Part shown: positions 9,926 to 19,386 of the stretch, piece by piece
How positions within the stretch are numbered: position 1 is the stretch's first letter
How the letters are laid out: the number at the start of each line of letters is the position of its first letter
Assembly: GCA_902494815.1 (NCBI GenBank)
Contig: CABUVB010000001.1
Span: 504-64,503, forward strand
Direction of reading: 5' to 3'
DNA length: 64,000 bases
From: an uncultured Collinsella sp.
GTDB taxonomy: Bacteria; Actinomycetota; Coriobacteriia; Coriobacteriales; Coriobacteriaceae
Translations under genes and position numbers: made by a program
Notes under the pieces: generated by a model
The model's input: only the letters and a program-made list of their open reading frames with translations
The model's database searches: none
What the model was told of the DNA's origin: nothing

Positions 9926-12087
9926 GCGAAAGTATCTATACGCTGCGCGTTTCGAGGGCTGCGGCAGGAGCGTATCCAACGATTTCCGATGCCTTGGCGG
10001 CAGCCGATCAGCTCTATCCGGATGCCGAGCAACCGGTGATGATTCGCGTCGATCCGGGCGAGTATCGCGAGCGGGTCGAGATTCATCGCTCGCATGTGAC
10101 GATTGAGGGAGAGACGGCCGACAGCGTGCGTATCGTGGGCAGCCTGGGTGCCAAGATGCCTTCGGAGGACGGCTCGGGCGTGGACGGCACGCTCGGCACG
10201 TTTAGGACCTATACCGTTTTGGTCGATGCCGACGACGTACGGCTCGAGAACCTCACGATCGAAAACGATGCGGGCGATGGGCGCGAGGTCGGTCAGGCGA
10301 TTGCCCTGTATGCCGATGGCGACCGTCTGGTTGTCGATGCCTGCTGCATTAAGGGGCACCAGGACACACTGTTTTTGGGTCCGCTGCCGCCGCATGAGGC
10401 CAAACCGGGCGGGTTTATAGGACCCAAACAGTATGCGCCGCGCCGGGTGGGGCGCCAGTATTTTCGACGTTGCCGGATCGAGGGCGATGTCGACTTTATC
10501 TTTGGCGGCACGCGTGCCTACTTTGAGGGGTGCGAGATTCGCTCGCTCAATCGCGATATGGATGTCAACGGGTATGTAACGGCAGCCTCCACGCCTAAAG
10601 GCGAGCCGTACGGATTTGTGTTCCACGGCTGTTCGTTTACAGCTCCGGATGGCGTGGCGCCGGATTCGGTCTACCTGGGTCGTCCTTGGCGCGAATGGGC
10701 GCAAACTGTGCTGATCGATTGCTGGCTGGGGCGACATATCAAGCGCGAAGGCTGGTGGGATTGGAATAAGCCGGCGGCGCACAGCTGCGCGCAGTATGCT
10801 GGCGCAATCCTGCATGGGCCGGCGGGTGATACTACCGACTGGGTGCCGTGGGCAAATAAACTCGATGTGATGGCTGCCGCCGGGTACGCTCGCGAGCAGG
10901 TGCTTGCCGGTGGGGATGGCTGGGATCCCGAGGGCGGCGACGGTGATGCGGTTGAGACGGCTGGGCTATCTGCCAATGGCCGCACCGTGCACATCGAGAC
11001 GTACTGCGAAGACGAGCCTGCGCTGCGTGCCCGGCTGAAGCGCGAGGGACGTTCGGCTGCTTTTACGGGCAAGACTCCTGCAGATTTTGAGGCGTGGAAG
11101 ATTGCGACCAGGACTCGTCTGTACGATGTTTTGGGCCTTTCGCTTATGGACCGCGTCCCGATTGAGATTCGTGAGCTCAGCCGCGTGCGGGTTGCCGGCG
11201 GCATCGTGCGCACCCATGCGATGCTGCAGGTGGAGCGCGACGTTTGGATGCCGTTCTACCTGCTCGAGCCGCAGTCGCCTAAGCTCGATGCGTGCGGCCG
11301 CAAGTGTTGCTATATCTGCCCGCATGGCCATCAGGGAGCGGGTGCTGCAAGCGTAGCCGGTGTTGCGGGCGTGCCGGCGGTCGATGATGCCGTGCGTAAG
11401 TTCAATTACGACTACGGTCTGCGTTTGGCACGCATGGGTTACGTGACCGTCTGCCCCGACGCACGCGGTTGGGGATACCGTCGTGACTGGAAGGGCCAGG
11501 GCGATGACGAGAACAGCTTTCTGCGCGGCACGTGCCTAAACCAGGCGCGCATGGCCGAGCCGCTGGGACTTACCGTTGCGGGTCTCAACGCCTGGGATAA
11601 CATGCGTCTGATCGATTACCTAGAGGCGCGCGGCGACATTGCCATGGACGACCTGGGCTGTTTTGGCTTTTCGGGCGGCGGATACATGACGCTGTATCTG
11701 GCGGCGCTCGACCCACGCGTATGCAAGACGTTTGTCTCGGGCTACCTGTACGGTGTCGATGATTCGCTGCTGCACCTCAACGGCAATTGCAGCTGCAACT
11801 ACACACCCGGACTTTGGCGCTTGCTCGACATGGGCGATATTGCCTCGCTTATTGCGCCACGCCCGCTGTTGGTGCAGAGCTGCGAAGAGGATCATCTGAA
11901 CGGTTCGCGCGGGCTGAAAAATGTTGACGAGCAGCTCGAGATCGTGCGCGATGCCTACAAGTTACTGGGTCGCAGAGATGGCCTGCGGCACGAGGTGTGT
12001 CCGGGTGAACACCATCTGGGCGTGACACATCTTGCCGAGGATATCGAATGGCTCGATTCGCACGTTGCGGAATGCGCCCGTGCATAG
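9922..12087 (+). CDS. Pectin methylesterase (CE8) fused to a C-terminal alpha/beta-hydrolase domain
   Basis: CE8 motifs GEYRE, QAIAL, QDTLF, DFIFG, YLGRPW in the first ~340 aa; CPHGH, PDARGWG, GFSGGG, LIAPRPLL in the C-terminal half; ATGA overlap with the previous gene. Confidence 0.88.
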   Translation: MSESIYTLRVSRAAAGAYPTISDALAAADQLYPDAEQPVMIRVDPGEYRERVEIHRSHVTIEGETADSVRIVGSLGAKMPSEDGSGVDGTLGTFRTYTVLVDADDVRLENLTIENDAGDGREVGQAIALYADGDRLVVDACCIKGHQDTLFLGPLPPHEAKPGGFIGPKQYAPRRVGRQYFRRCRIEGDVDFIFGGTRAYFEGCEIRSLNRDMDVNGYVTAASTPKGEPYGFVFHGCSFTAPDGVAPDSVYLGRPWREWAQTVLIDCWLGRHIKREGWWDWNKPAAHSCAQYAGAILHGPAGDTTDWVPWANKLDVMAAAGYAREQVLAGGDGWDPEGGDGDAVETAGLSANGRTVHIETYCEDEPALRARLKREGRSAAFTGKTPADFEAWKIATRTRLYDVLGLSLMDRVPIEIRELSRVRVAGGIVRTHAMLQVERDVWMPFYLLEPQSPKLDACGRKCCYICPHGHQGAGAASVAGVAGVPAVDDAVRKFNYDYGLRLARMGYVTVCPDARGWGYRRDWKGQGDDENSFLRGTCLNQARMAEPLGLTVAGLNAWDNMRLIDYLEARGDIAMDDLGCFGFSGGGYMTLYLAALDPRVCKTFVSGYLYGVDDSLLHLNGNCSCNYTPGLWRLLDMGDIASLIAPRPLLVQSCEEDHLNGSRGLKNVDEQLEIVRDAYKLLGRRDGLRHEVCPGEHHLGVTHLAEDIEWLDSHVAECARA

Positions 12088-12156
12088 CCCCTCGGCATGC
12101 TGCGAATAAACGGTACGTTCCTGTATGACCGCCGATGGGCGGATGAGGAGAAGATT

Positions 12157-12825
12157 ATGGAAACGAAGAGTTTGAGTGAATCGACCATTTGCTGCTTTGG
12201 CGACTCAACGACCTGGGGCGACAACGGCTGCGGTGGGGGAGGCAACGACATCTCGTGGACCTCGCATTTGGGCGCGTTGCTGGGAGGCGCGGTCGTCGAG
12301 AACTTTGGCATCAAGGGTTCGCGTATCGCCATCAAGGCCGACCGTACCGATTCGTTTGTCGAGCGCCTTGACGGTATCGACGATGCGGCCGATATCTACA
12401 TCGTCTTTGGCGGCGTCAACGACTTTAGCCGCAACGTGCCGCTTGGAGAGCTCGGCAGCACGGACGTGCATGAGTTCTATGGTGCACTCGATTACCTGAT
12501 CCGTACCATCACGGCGCGCTCGCCTCGGGCAAAGCTCGTGTTTATGACGCCGTGCAAGACGAGCGGCAAGCACGAGAAGGATATCCCGGCAAGCGACGAG
12601 CTCAACCACCTGGGGTTGACGCAGGTCGCCTACGTGCGAGCGATGCTCGAGGTCTGCGACCGCTACTCCGTGCCGGTGATTGACCTGTATGCGCAAAGCG
12701 GTATCAGCCCGTTTTTGCCGGAGCACCGCGAGCTCTATATGCCGGACGGTCTGCATTACAGTCCTGCCGGCTATGAGCGCCTGGCGCATCGCATCGCCGC
12801 GGGTCTCACCGCCGTTTGCCGCTAA
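12157..12825 (+). CDS. SGNH/GDSL hydrolase, possible (rhamno)galacturonan acetylesterase
   Basis: FGDSTT, GIKG, GGVND, DGLH blocks. Confidence 0.85.
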   Translation: METKSLSESTICCFGDSTTWGDNGCGGGGNDISWTSHLGALLGGAVVENFGIKGSRIAIKADRTDSFVERLDGIDDAADIYIVFGGVNDFSRNVPLGELGSTDVHEFYGALDYLIRTITARSPRAKLVFMTPCKTSGKHEKDIPASDELNHLGLTQVAYVRAMLEVCDRYSVPVIDLYAQSGISPFLPEHRELYMPDGLHYSPAGYERLAHRIAAGLTAVCR

Positions 12826-12839
12826 AAGTCTGCCGTTCG

Positions 12840-12907
12840 CGAGGAATATAGGGTTAACGTTCACCCTATATTCCTCGTTCGCGTTACACTAGGGGTAACG
12901 TTCACCT
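12840..12907. promoter_or_regulatory. Two LacI-type operators upstream of GH105; the first lies inside a 38-bp inverted repeat
   Basis: CGAGGAATATAGGGT-TAACGTTC-ACCCTATATTCCTCG 12840-12877; GGGGTAACGTTCACCT 12892-12907. Confidence 0.8.
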
Positions 12908-12932
12908 ATCGTTTATGTCAGAGGGGACAGCA

Positions 12933-14171
12933 ATGGGTTGCAATCAAATCCTGGACCGTTATATCGAGCAGTTGATCGAAACCTCTACGCCGCAGGCGCC
13001 GGCTTGGAATATCGAAAAGATTCGCGCCGGCAAGGAGAACACCTGGAACTATATTGACGGCTGCATGATCAAGGCGCTCATCGAACTGTACGAGATCACG
13101 GGTGAGCAGCGCTACCTGACTTTCGCCGATGACTACATCGATTTCTTTGTCCAGGACGACGGTACCATAAAGCATTACAACCCCGAGGAGTACAACCTCG
13201 ATAACGTCAATGCGGGCAAGACCCTCTACAAGCTCTATGACCTGGTGGGCAAGCCCAAGTACCGTGCCGCCATGGACACCATCTACCGCCAGCTCGAGAC
13301 CCAGCCGCGCACCAAAGAAGGCGTGTTCTGGCACAAGGCCGTCTATCCCAACCAGATTTGGCTCGATGGCATGTACATGGCGCAGCCGTTCTACATGCAG
13401 TACGAGCTGAGCTTCCACAACCGTCGTGCCTGCTCGGACAGCTTCCATATGTTCCAGGTCGTGCATGACCTGATGCGCAACCCCCTCAACGGTCTGTACT
13501 ATCACGCTTACGACGCGAGCCGCAAACAGTTCTGGTGCGACCCGGTCACCGGCCTTTCGGCTAACTTCTGGCTGCGCGCCGAGGGCTGGTTTGCCATGGC
13601 GCTCATCGACACCTGGGAGCTTATGCCGCCTTCGATGTCGGCCGAGAAGGACGAGATCCGCAAGATGTTCCACGATCTGATCGACGCCATGCTGCCGTAT
13701 CAGGACGAGAAGACCGGCATGTGGCACCAGGTTATCAACCTGCCCAATATCGCCCCCAACTACCTGGAGGAGTCGGGCAGCGCCATCTTTGCCAACGCCA
13801 TCATGAAGGGCGTGCGTCTGGGCGTGCTGGGCGAGCGTTACTACCAGTACGGCCGTCGCGCCTTCGACGGCATCTGCGAGACCTGCCTGTCCGAGTATGA
13901 CGGGCAGCTGGCGCTCGACAACATCTGCCTGGTTGCGGGCTTGGGAAACACCGCGCACCGCGAGGGCACGTTTGATTACTACATGAGCGAGCCCGTGGTC
14001 AAAAATGATGCAAAGGGTGTGGCGCCGCTGGTGCTTGCCTATATCGAGACCATGCATCACGACAAGCTGGCCGGTAAGCGCGATCCGCTCGCCCCCTCGG
14101 GCGTGTGCTCCATCGAGGACCCGTTTGGCGGATACACCCCGGGCATCAACGCTCATAAGGGATGTGAATAA
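12933..14171 (+). CDS. GH105 unsaturated (rhamno)galacturonyl hydrolase (YteR/YesR-like)
   Basis: WNYIDG, YNLDNVNAGK, FWHKAVYPNQIWLDGMYM, FWLRAEGW, NYLEESGS; no signal peptide. Confidence 0.92.
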   Translation: MGCNQILDRYIEQLIETSTPQAPAWNIEKIRAGKENTWNYIDGCMIKALIELYEITGEQRYLTFADDYIDFFVQDDGTIKHYNPEEYNLDNVNAGKTLYKLYDLVGKPKYRAAMDTIYRQLETQPRTKEGVFWHKAVYPNQIWLDGMYMAQPFYMQYELSFHNRRACSDSFHMFQVVHDLMRNPLNGLYYHAYDASRKQFWCDPVTGLSANFWLRAEGWFAMALIDTWELMPPSMSAEKDEIRKMFHDLIDAMLPYQDEKTGMWHQVINLPNIAPNYLEESGSAIFANAIMKGVRLGVLGERYYQYGRRAFDGICETCLSEYDGQLALDNICLVAGLGNTAHREGTFDYYMSEPVVKNDAKGVAPLVLAYIETMHHDKLAGKRDPLAPSGVCSIEDPFGGYTPGINAHKGCE

Positions 14172-15078
14172 CGTGGGGGCTATTACTCCGGGCGTACGTT
14201 TGCACGACCTTCCGCAGGGGACCGTCGAGGAACGCATTCGCATGGCGGGAGAGCTGCGCTTTTCGTGCATTCAACTGCCGAGCAAGGTGCTCTACGCATC
14301 GATGGGGATCGATCGAGGCGGCCTGACCCACGAGCTTGCCGACCATTTGCGTGCGGTGCTCGACGAGGCGGGCGTTTCGGTCACCGTGCTCGGCTGTTAT
14401 AAGAATCTGGCGACGCCCGATCGCCAACAGCTCATGGATAACTTTGCCGAGTACGAGGCATGCTTGAACTTTGCCCAGATGCTCGGCGGATGCCCGGTTG
14501 GCACCGAGACCGGTCGCCCCAATGCACAGAACCGCGTTGCTGACGACCGCATGACCGATGAGGCACTCGATGCGTTTGCAGACGGGCTTGCACACGTCTG
14601 CGATCGGGCCGAGGCCGTGGGTGGGCAAATTTTGATCGAGCCTGGTTGGAACGAAACGGTCAACACGCCGGATCGCTGCCGTGAGGTGCTAGAGCGCGTC
14701 TCGAGTCCGTCGCTCGGCGTGATCTATGACCCGGTATCACTGCTGCACCCCAGTGTTGTTGACGAAGCGCAGGAAATCACCGCGCGCATGCTCTACTTAT
14801 GCGGCAGTAAGATCCGCGCGCTGCACGCCAAGGATTTTGAGGTCGTTGATAACGAGGACGAAGCCGGTTGGTGCGACGGTACGGGTTCGCGCCTGGTGTG
14901 TCATGGCGTGGGCGAGACGGGACGATATGACTTTGAGCCCGTGGTGGCCTGGGCGGCTGCCGCCTGCCCTGGGATTCCCTGCGTGGTCGAGAACAGCGTG
15001 CCGGCGACGGCGGCTGACTGCCTGGCGACACTCGAGCACATGTCCGCTCGCTGCGGGGCTTCGCATCGCGAGTTATAG
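14164..15078 (+). CDS. Sugar phosphate isomerase/epimerase (xylose-isomerase-like TIM barrel)
   Basis: LGCYKNL, VGTETG, ILIEPG, IYDPVS, LHAKDF, VVEN metal-binding pattern; GTG start at 14164 or 14173, overlapping the GH105 stop. Confidence 0.8.
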   Translation: MNNVGAITPGVRLHDLPQGTVEERIRMAGELRFSCIQLPSKVLYASMGIDRGGLTHELADHLRAVLDEAGVSVTVLGCYKNLATPDRQQLMDNFAEYEACLNFAQMLGGCPVGTETGRPNAQNRVADDRMTDEALDAFADGLAHVCDRAEAVGGQILIEPGWNETVNTPDRCREVLERVSSPSLGVIYDPVSLLHPSVVDEAQEITARMLYLCGSKIRALHAKDFEVVDNEDEAGWCDGTGSRLVCHGVGETGRYDFEPVVAWAAAACPGIPCVVENSVPATAADCLATLEHMSARCGASHREL

Positions 15079-15181
15079 CATTGGCTTTTGCCGTGTCGGC
15101 AGATTGAGATTACCTGTATGGGGGCGGCGGTGAAGGGTCTTTATCGTCGCCCCATTGGATTGCATTAAAAAGGGGAGTTGC

Positions 15182-16399
15182 GTGGCTATCCACATTGTCG
15201 AAGAGGCGAATCGTTGCCTGGGTTGTAAAAGGGCGTTCTGCCAGATTAAGGGCTGCCCGGTTCAGACGCCTATTCCACAGGTCATTGACCTGTTCAAACA
15301 GCGTCGTCTAGAAGAGGCGGGCGAGCTACTGTTCCAGAACAATCCCATGAGCGCGGTCTGCTCCATGGTTTGCAACCATTCGGGCCAGTGCGAGGGCGCG
15401 TGCATCCAGGGCCGCAAGGGCGCGCCGGTGCATTTCTCGAGCATCGAGAACTATATCTCCACGGCATATTTGGATCGTAAGGAGTGGAAGCCCGCACCGT
15501 CGTGCGGTAAACAGATTGCTGTGGTCGGTTCCGGTCCCGCTGGTATTACCGTGGCCATTAAGATGGCCCAGCTGGGCTGTGCCGTCACGGTATTTGAGCA
15601 GCGGCCCGAGATCGGCGGTGTGCTGGAGTACGGTATCCCCGAGTTCCGCCTGCCCCGTGCGCTCGTGCAAAAGTATCGCCACGTGATGTGCTCGCTTGGC
15701 GTGCGCGTGCGCCCCTCGACCACCATCGGTGGCGCGCTGCATATCGACGACCTGCTGCGCGACGGCTACGATGCGGTCTTTGTCGGTACTGGTACCTGGC
15801 GAGCTCGAAAGCTGGGTATTCCCGGCGAGTCGCGCGGCAACGTGCTGTTTGGTATCGATTATCTGGTCGATCCCACGAGCGTGGCAATCGGGCAGAACGT
15901 GGCGGTTATCGGCGCCGGCAATGTGGCCATGGATGTTGCCCGCACGGCGCTGCGTTCGGGTGCTCGCAAGGTCACTGTGTATGCACGCTCGCGCCATATC
16001 TCGGCCATCGACGACGAGGTCGAGCTGACCGAGCTTGACGGTGCCGAGATTGTGCGCGGCAAGGCGATCTGCGCCATCGATGATAACGGTCCGGTGTTCG
16101 AGACGGCTATCTTTGACGAGGACAACAATGTGGTGGGCTACGAGGAAGAGCTCGACCATGCGTCTGCCGACACAGTTGTGATTGCGGCTTCGCAGGTGCC
16201 CAAGGACAAGCTTGTGCTTACGACGGGCGGTCTGGAGACCGACCATCGCGGCCTTCTTTCGGTCGATGAATGCGGTATGACCACCGTGCCTGGCGTCTTT
16301 GCCGCCGGCGACGTGGTTAACGGCCCGCTCACCGTGGTTCATGCCGTGGCAGGCGCCAAGCTCGCCGTCGAAGGCATGACTGCCTATTTGGGTCTCTAA
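15182..16399 (+). CDS. GltD/SudA-like Fe-S flavoprotein NAD(P)-dependent oxidoreductase
   Basis: EANRCLGC..C..GCP, CSMVC..QCEGAC, GSGPAG, YGIPEFRLP, GAGNVAMD, GVFAAGD; GTG 15182 after GGGGAG. Confidence 0.88.
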   Translation: MAIHIVEEANRCLGCKRAFCQIKGCPVQTPIPQVIDLFKQRRLEEAGELLFQNNPMSAVCSMVCNHSGQCEGACIQGRKGAPVHFSSIENYISTAYLDRKEWKPAPSCGKQIAVVGSGPAGITVAIKMAQLGCAVTVFEQRPEIGGVLEYGIPEFRLPRALVQKYRHVMCSLGVRVRPSTTIGGALHIDDLLRDGYDAVFVGTGTWRARKLGIPGESRGNVLFGIDYLVDPTSVAIGQNVAVIGAGNVAMDVARTALRSGARKVTVYARSRHISAIDDEVELTELDGAEIVRGKAICAIDDNGPVFETAIFDEDNNVVGYEEELDHASADTVVIAASQVPKDKLVLTTGGLETDHRGLLSVDECGMTTVPGVFAAGDVVNGPLTVVHAVAGAKLAVEGMTAYLGL

Positions 16400-16414
16400 C
16401 ATATCCCATCCATT

Positions 16415-16481
16415 AGTTGCGGTGAAATACGGACTGTTTTGGCTGTCAAAAGCCTCGATTGCTCCGTATTTCACCGCAACT
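16415..16481. repeat. 67-bp REP-like palindrome, family B, copy 1
   Basis: 19-bp perfect inverted repeat AGTTGCGGTGAAATACGGA / TCCGTATTTCACCGCAACT; related copy at 32488-32554. Confidence 0.85.
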
Positions 16482-16595
16482 TTTTGGGGTTGAGCAGAGG
16501 CTGGAGGAACGCGCACGGTCGGGTGCTGCGCGGTTGCTGGTACAATAGGTACGTCAGCAACTGCCGCCGAGCGGCTCAAATGAAAGGAACCCTGT

Positions 16596-18545
16596 ATGGA
16601 GTCCTCCGCCTACCCGATGCTCTTTAGCCCGATCAAGGTCGGTACGACCGAGGTCAAGAACCGCGTCTTTATGCCGCCGGTGTCCACGAACCTGGCCGAT
16701 CATGGCTATGTGACCGACGACTTGGTCGATCATTACCGTGCCCGTGCCAAGGGCGGCGTCGGCCTGATCATCACCGAGGTCGTGACGGTCGAGCCTACCT
16801 ATACCTATCTGCCGGGTGACATGTGCTGCTACGACGACACGTTTATCCCTGGCTGGGAAAAGCTCGCCGCGGCCGTCCACGAGTATGGCTGCAAGATCAT
16901 GCCGCAGCTCTTTCACCCCGCCTACATGGCCTTTAACATTCCGGGCACGCCGCGCCTGATCGCTCCGTCCTTCGTGGGACCGTCCTATGCCCGTGAGGCA
17001 CCGCGTCCTATCACGGTCGACGAGATTCACGAGCTCACGCATCAGTTTGGCGACGCTGCCGTGCGTATGCAGAAGGCCGGTGTCGATGGCGTCGAGGTCC
17101 ATGCGGCGCACGCCCACGGCATGCTCGGCGGTTTCTTGACCCCGCTCTATAACAAGCGTACCGATGAGTACGGCGGCTCGCTCGACGCCCGCATGCGTTT
17201 CCTGCTCGAAGTCATCGCCGAGATTCGCGAGCGCTGCGGCAAGGACTTTATCATCGACGTCCGCATCTCGGGCGATGAGTACACCGATGGCGGCCTGACC
17301 CTCAACGACATGATCTACGTCTCGCGTCGCCTGGAGAAGGCCGGCGTCGACATGATTCATGTGTCGGGCGGCACCACCATCAAGCGCGGTTCCGCGATTC
17401 CCGCCGCCGGTACCCAGCAGGCCTCGCATGCCGCCTGCTCGCGCGAGATCAAAAAGCACGTCAACATTCCCGTTGCCACCGTCGGACGCATTAACGAGGC
17501 TTGGATCGCCGAGGAGCTGATCGAGGACGGTGCCGCCGACATCTGCATGATGGGCCGCGCCAATCTGTGTGATGCCGAGTTCTGCAACAAGGCCGCTGCC
17601 GGCAACGCCGACGACATCCGCCCCTGCATTGGCTGCCTGCGCTGCCTGAACGGCATTATGTTTGGCAAACGCATCTCCTGCACCGTTAATCCGGACGTGG
17701 AGCGCGACGAGGCCGGCTACGAGCCTGCCGCCGAGGCTAAGAACGTGCTGGTTGTGGGCGCTGGTCCTGCGGGCATGGAGGCAGCCTACATTGCTGCCAA
17801 GCGCGGCCACAACGTAGTGCTCGTGGATAAGCAGGACGAGCCGGGTGGCGAGATGCGCATCGCGGCCGTTCCGCCGGCAAAGCAGGAACTCACCCGCGTG
17901 ATCAAGTATCAGTACCGTCGCCTGGCCGAGGTCGGCGTGAAGTGCGTATTTGGCACCGAGCTTACTGCCGAGGACATTCAGCGTGACTACGCCGGCTACG
18001 AGGTCGTCCTGGCCTATGGCGCCGAGCCCATCGCCCCGGCCTTCATGCAGGGATTTAAGCAGGTCATGACGGCTGACGACCTGTTGGGCGGCAAGGCTTT
18101 CCCGGGCAAGAAGATTGTCATCGTGGGCGGCGGCACCGTCGGTTGCGAGACGGCCGACTACCTGGCCCCGTTGGTCAACGATCTGTCGCCGGCCAATCGC
18201 GACGTCACCGTCATCGAGATGACCAAGACGCTCGCCGCCAACGAGGGCGGCGCCGGTCGCGCGGTGCTCATCACGCGCATGCTTTCCAAGGGCGTTCACG
18301 TGCTGACCGAGGCCAAGGTAACCGAGATTACCGAGGACACCATCAGCTACGAAAAAGATGGCGAGATCCACACTATCGCCGATGCCGATACGCTGGTGCT
18401 TGCCATGGGCTATCGTCCCAATACCAAGCTGGCCGACGACCTTGCCGCTGCCGGCGTTGCCACCCACGTGCTGGGCGATGCCAACAAGTGCGGTAACATC
18501 CGCGATGCCATCGGCGATGGCTACAAGGTTGCCTGCGAGCTCTAG
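16596..18545 (+). CDS. Old Yellow Enzyme-family NADH:flavin oxidoreductase with 4Fe-4S and FAD domains (FadH/BaiCD-like architecture)
   Basis: KNRVFMPP, RAKGGVGLII, NKRTDEYGGS, CIGCLRC..C, GAGPAG, GGGTVG. Confidence 0.9.
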   Translation: MESSAYPMLFSPIKVGTTEVKNRVFMPPVSTNLADHGYVTDDLVDHYRARAKGGVGLIITEVVTVEPTYTYLPGDMCCYDDTFIPGWEKLAAAVHEYGCKIMPQLFHPAYMAFNIPGTPRLIAPSFVGPSYAREAPRPITVDEIHELTHQFGDAAVRMQKAGVDGVEVHAAHAHGMLGGFLTPLYNKRTDEYGGSLDARMRFLLEVIAEIRERCGKDFIIDVRISGDEYTDGGLTLNDMIYVSRRLEKAGVDMIHVSGGTTIKRGSAIPAAGTQQASHAACSREIKKHVNIPVATVGRINEAWIAEELIEDGAADICMMGRANLCDAEFCNKAAAGNADDIRPCIGCLRCLNGIMFGKRISCTVNPDVERDEAGYEPAAEAKNVLVVGAGPAGMEAAYIAAKRGHNVVLVDKQDEPGGEMRIAAVPPAKQELTRVIKYQYRRLAEVGVKCVFGTELTAEDIQRDYAGYEVVLAYGAEPIAPAFMQGFKQVMTADDLLGGKAFPGKKIVIVGGGTVGCETADYLAPLVNDLSPANRDVTVIEMTKTLAANEGGAGRAVLITRMLSKGVHVLTEAKVTEITEDTISYEKDGEIHTIADADTLVLAMGYRPNTKLADDLAAAGVATHVLGDANKCGNIRDAIGDGYKVACEL

Positions 18546-18600
18546 TCAACCCCTTGGCGCATGTGGGGCCTATCCCCACGGCGTCAGTCGGTAGATAGCA

Positions 18601-18640
18601 AAAAGCGGCGGTCGTCCCGTACGTGGGACGACCGCCGCTT
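18601..18640. terminator. Terminator between convergent OYE and dhuI genes
   Basis: 16-bp stem AAGCGGCGGTCGTCCC / GGGACGACCGCCGCTT with an A-run on the left. Confidence 0.85.
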
Positions 18641-18665
18641 GCGTCGGCAGCAATGAACCGTGCGA

Positions 18666-19307
18666 TTAGAGCCCCAGGATCTCCTTGACCTTGGCGATGA
18701 TAGCCTCGTCGGTGGCGTTGGCAAAGAAGTACTCCTGGAAGTGCTCGCCGGCAAGTGCGCCCTTTACCAGGTCCTGATCGATCTCGCCCAGGACGTCGAC
18801 GAGCGGGCGCATGGTCACAGCGCGCACGCCGTCGAGGATCTTCTTGTTGCGCTGCTCGGGCTCAACGCGCTCGGCGGGGTAGCCGTTTCCCGAACCAAAG
18901 CCAAAGAGCTTCTCGAAGGTGTACTCAAGGTTGAGCTCCTGGCCCCAGCCGTTCTTGAGGGCGAAGGGCATGGCGACGGCGTTGCCATCGTTGACCTGGG
19001 CAAAGGTGTAGGCGTCGAGCGGGTCGGCAACATGGCCGCACAGCACGCCGGGGAAGGAGTTGCAGGCGAGCATGGCGCCCTCGCCGGTGCCACAGCCGGT
19101 CACGACGTAGTCGGCAGCGCCGGAGTTCAGCAGCACGGCGGCAAGGATGCCGTTCTGCACGTAGGTGAGGGGCTTGGAATCGGCGTCGGCATACATGCCA
19201 TAGTTAAAGACGGTGTGGCCCATGGGCTCGACAACCTTCTTAAGGGCAGCCTCAATCATAGGGTTCTTGGAGTTCTGAGAGTTCTCATTGATCAGAGCGA
19301 TTTTCAT
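18666..19307 (-). CDS. dhuI: RpiB/LacAB-family isomerase, DhuI-type 4-deoxy-L-threo-5-hexosulose-uronate isomerase
   Basis: MKIALINENSQ, GCGTGEGAMLACNSFPGV; directly downstream of the kduD/dhuD homolog. Confidence 0.8.
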   Translation of the reverse strand: MKIALINENSQNSKNPMIEAALKKVVEPMGHTVFNYGMYADADSKPLTYVQNGILAAVLLNSGAADYVVTGCGTGEGAMLACNSFPGVLCGHVADPLDAYTFAQVNDGNAVAMPFALKNGWGQELNLEYTFEKLFGFGSGNGYPAERVEPEQRNKKILDGVRAVTMRPLVDVLGEIDQDLVKGALAGEHFQEYFFANATDEAIIAKVKEILGL

Positions 19308-19386
19308 GATAGGTAACCTTCCACTATTTTCTAAATTAATGGTTCGTTATGTTGCATGGCATCTCCAACAGAGAAGCCGCTCTGCG

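Noticed and set aside
15182..16399. Calling this gene gltD (glutamate synthase small subunit)
   Set aside because: No gltB adjacent; the fold is shared by several oxidoreductases, so no symbol was assigned
16596..18545. Bilirubin reductase BilR or bile-acid BaiCD/BaiH
   Set aside because: No HGDR motif and no bil or bai neighbouring genes
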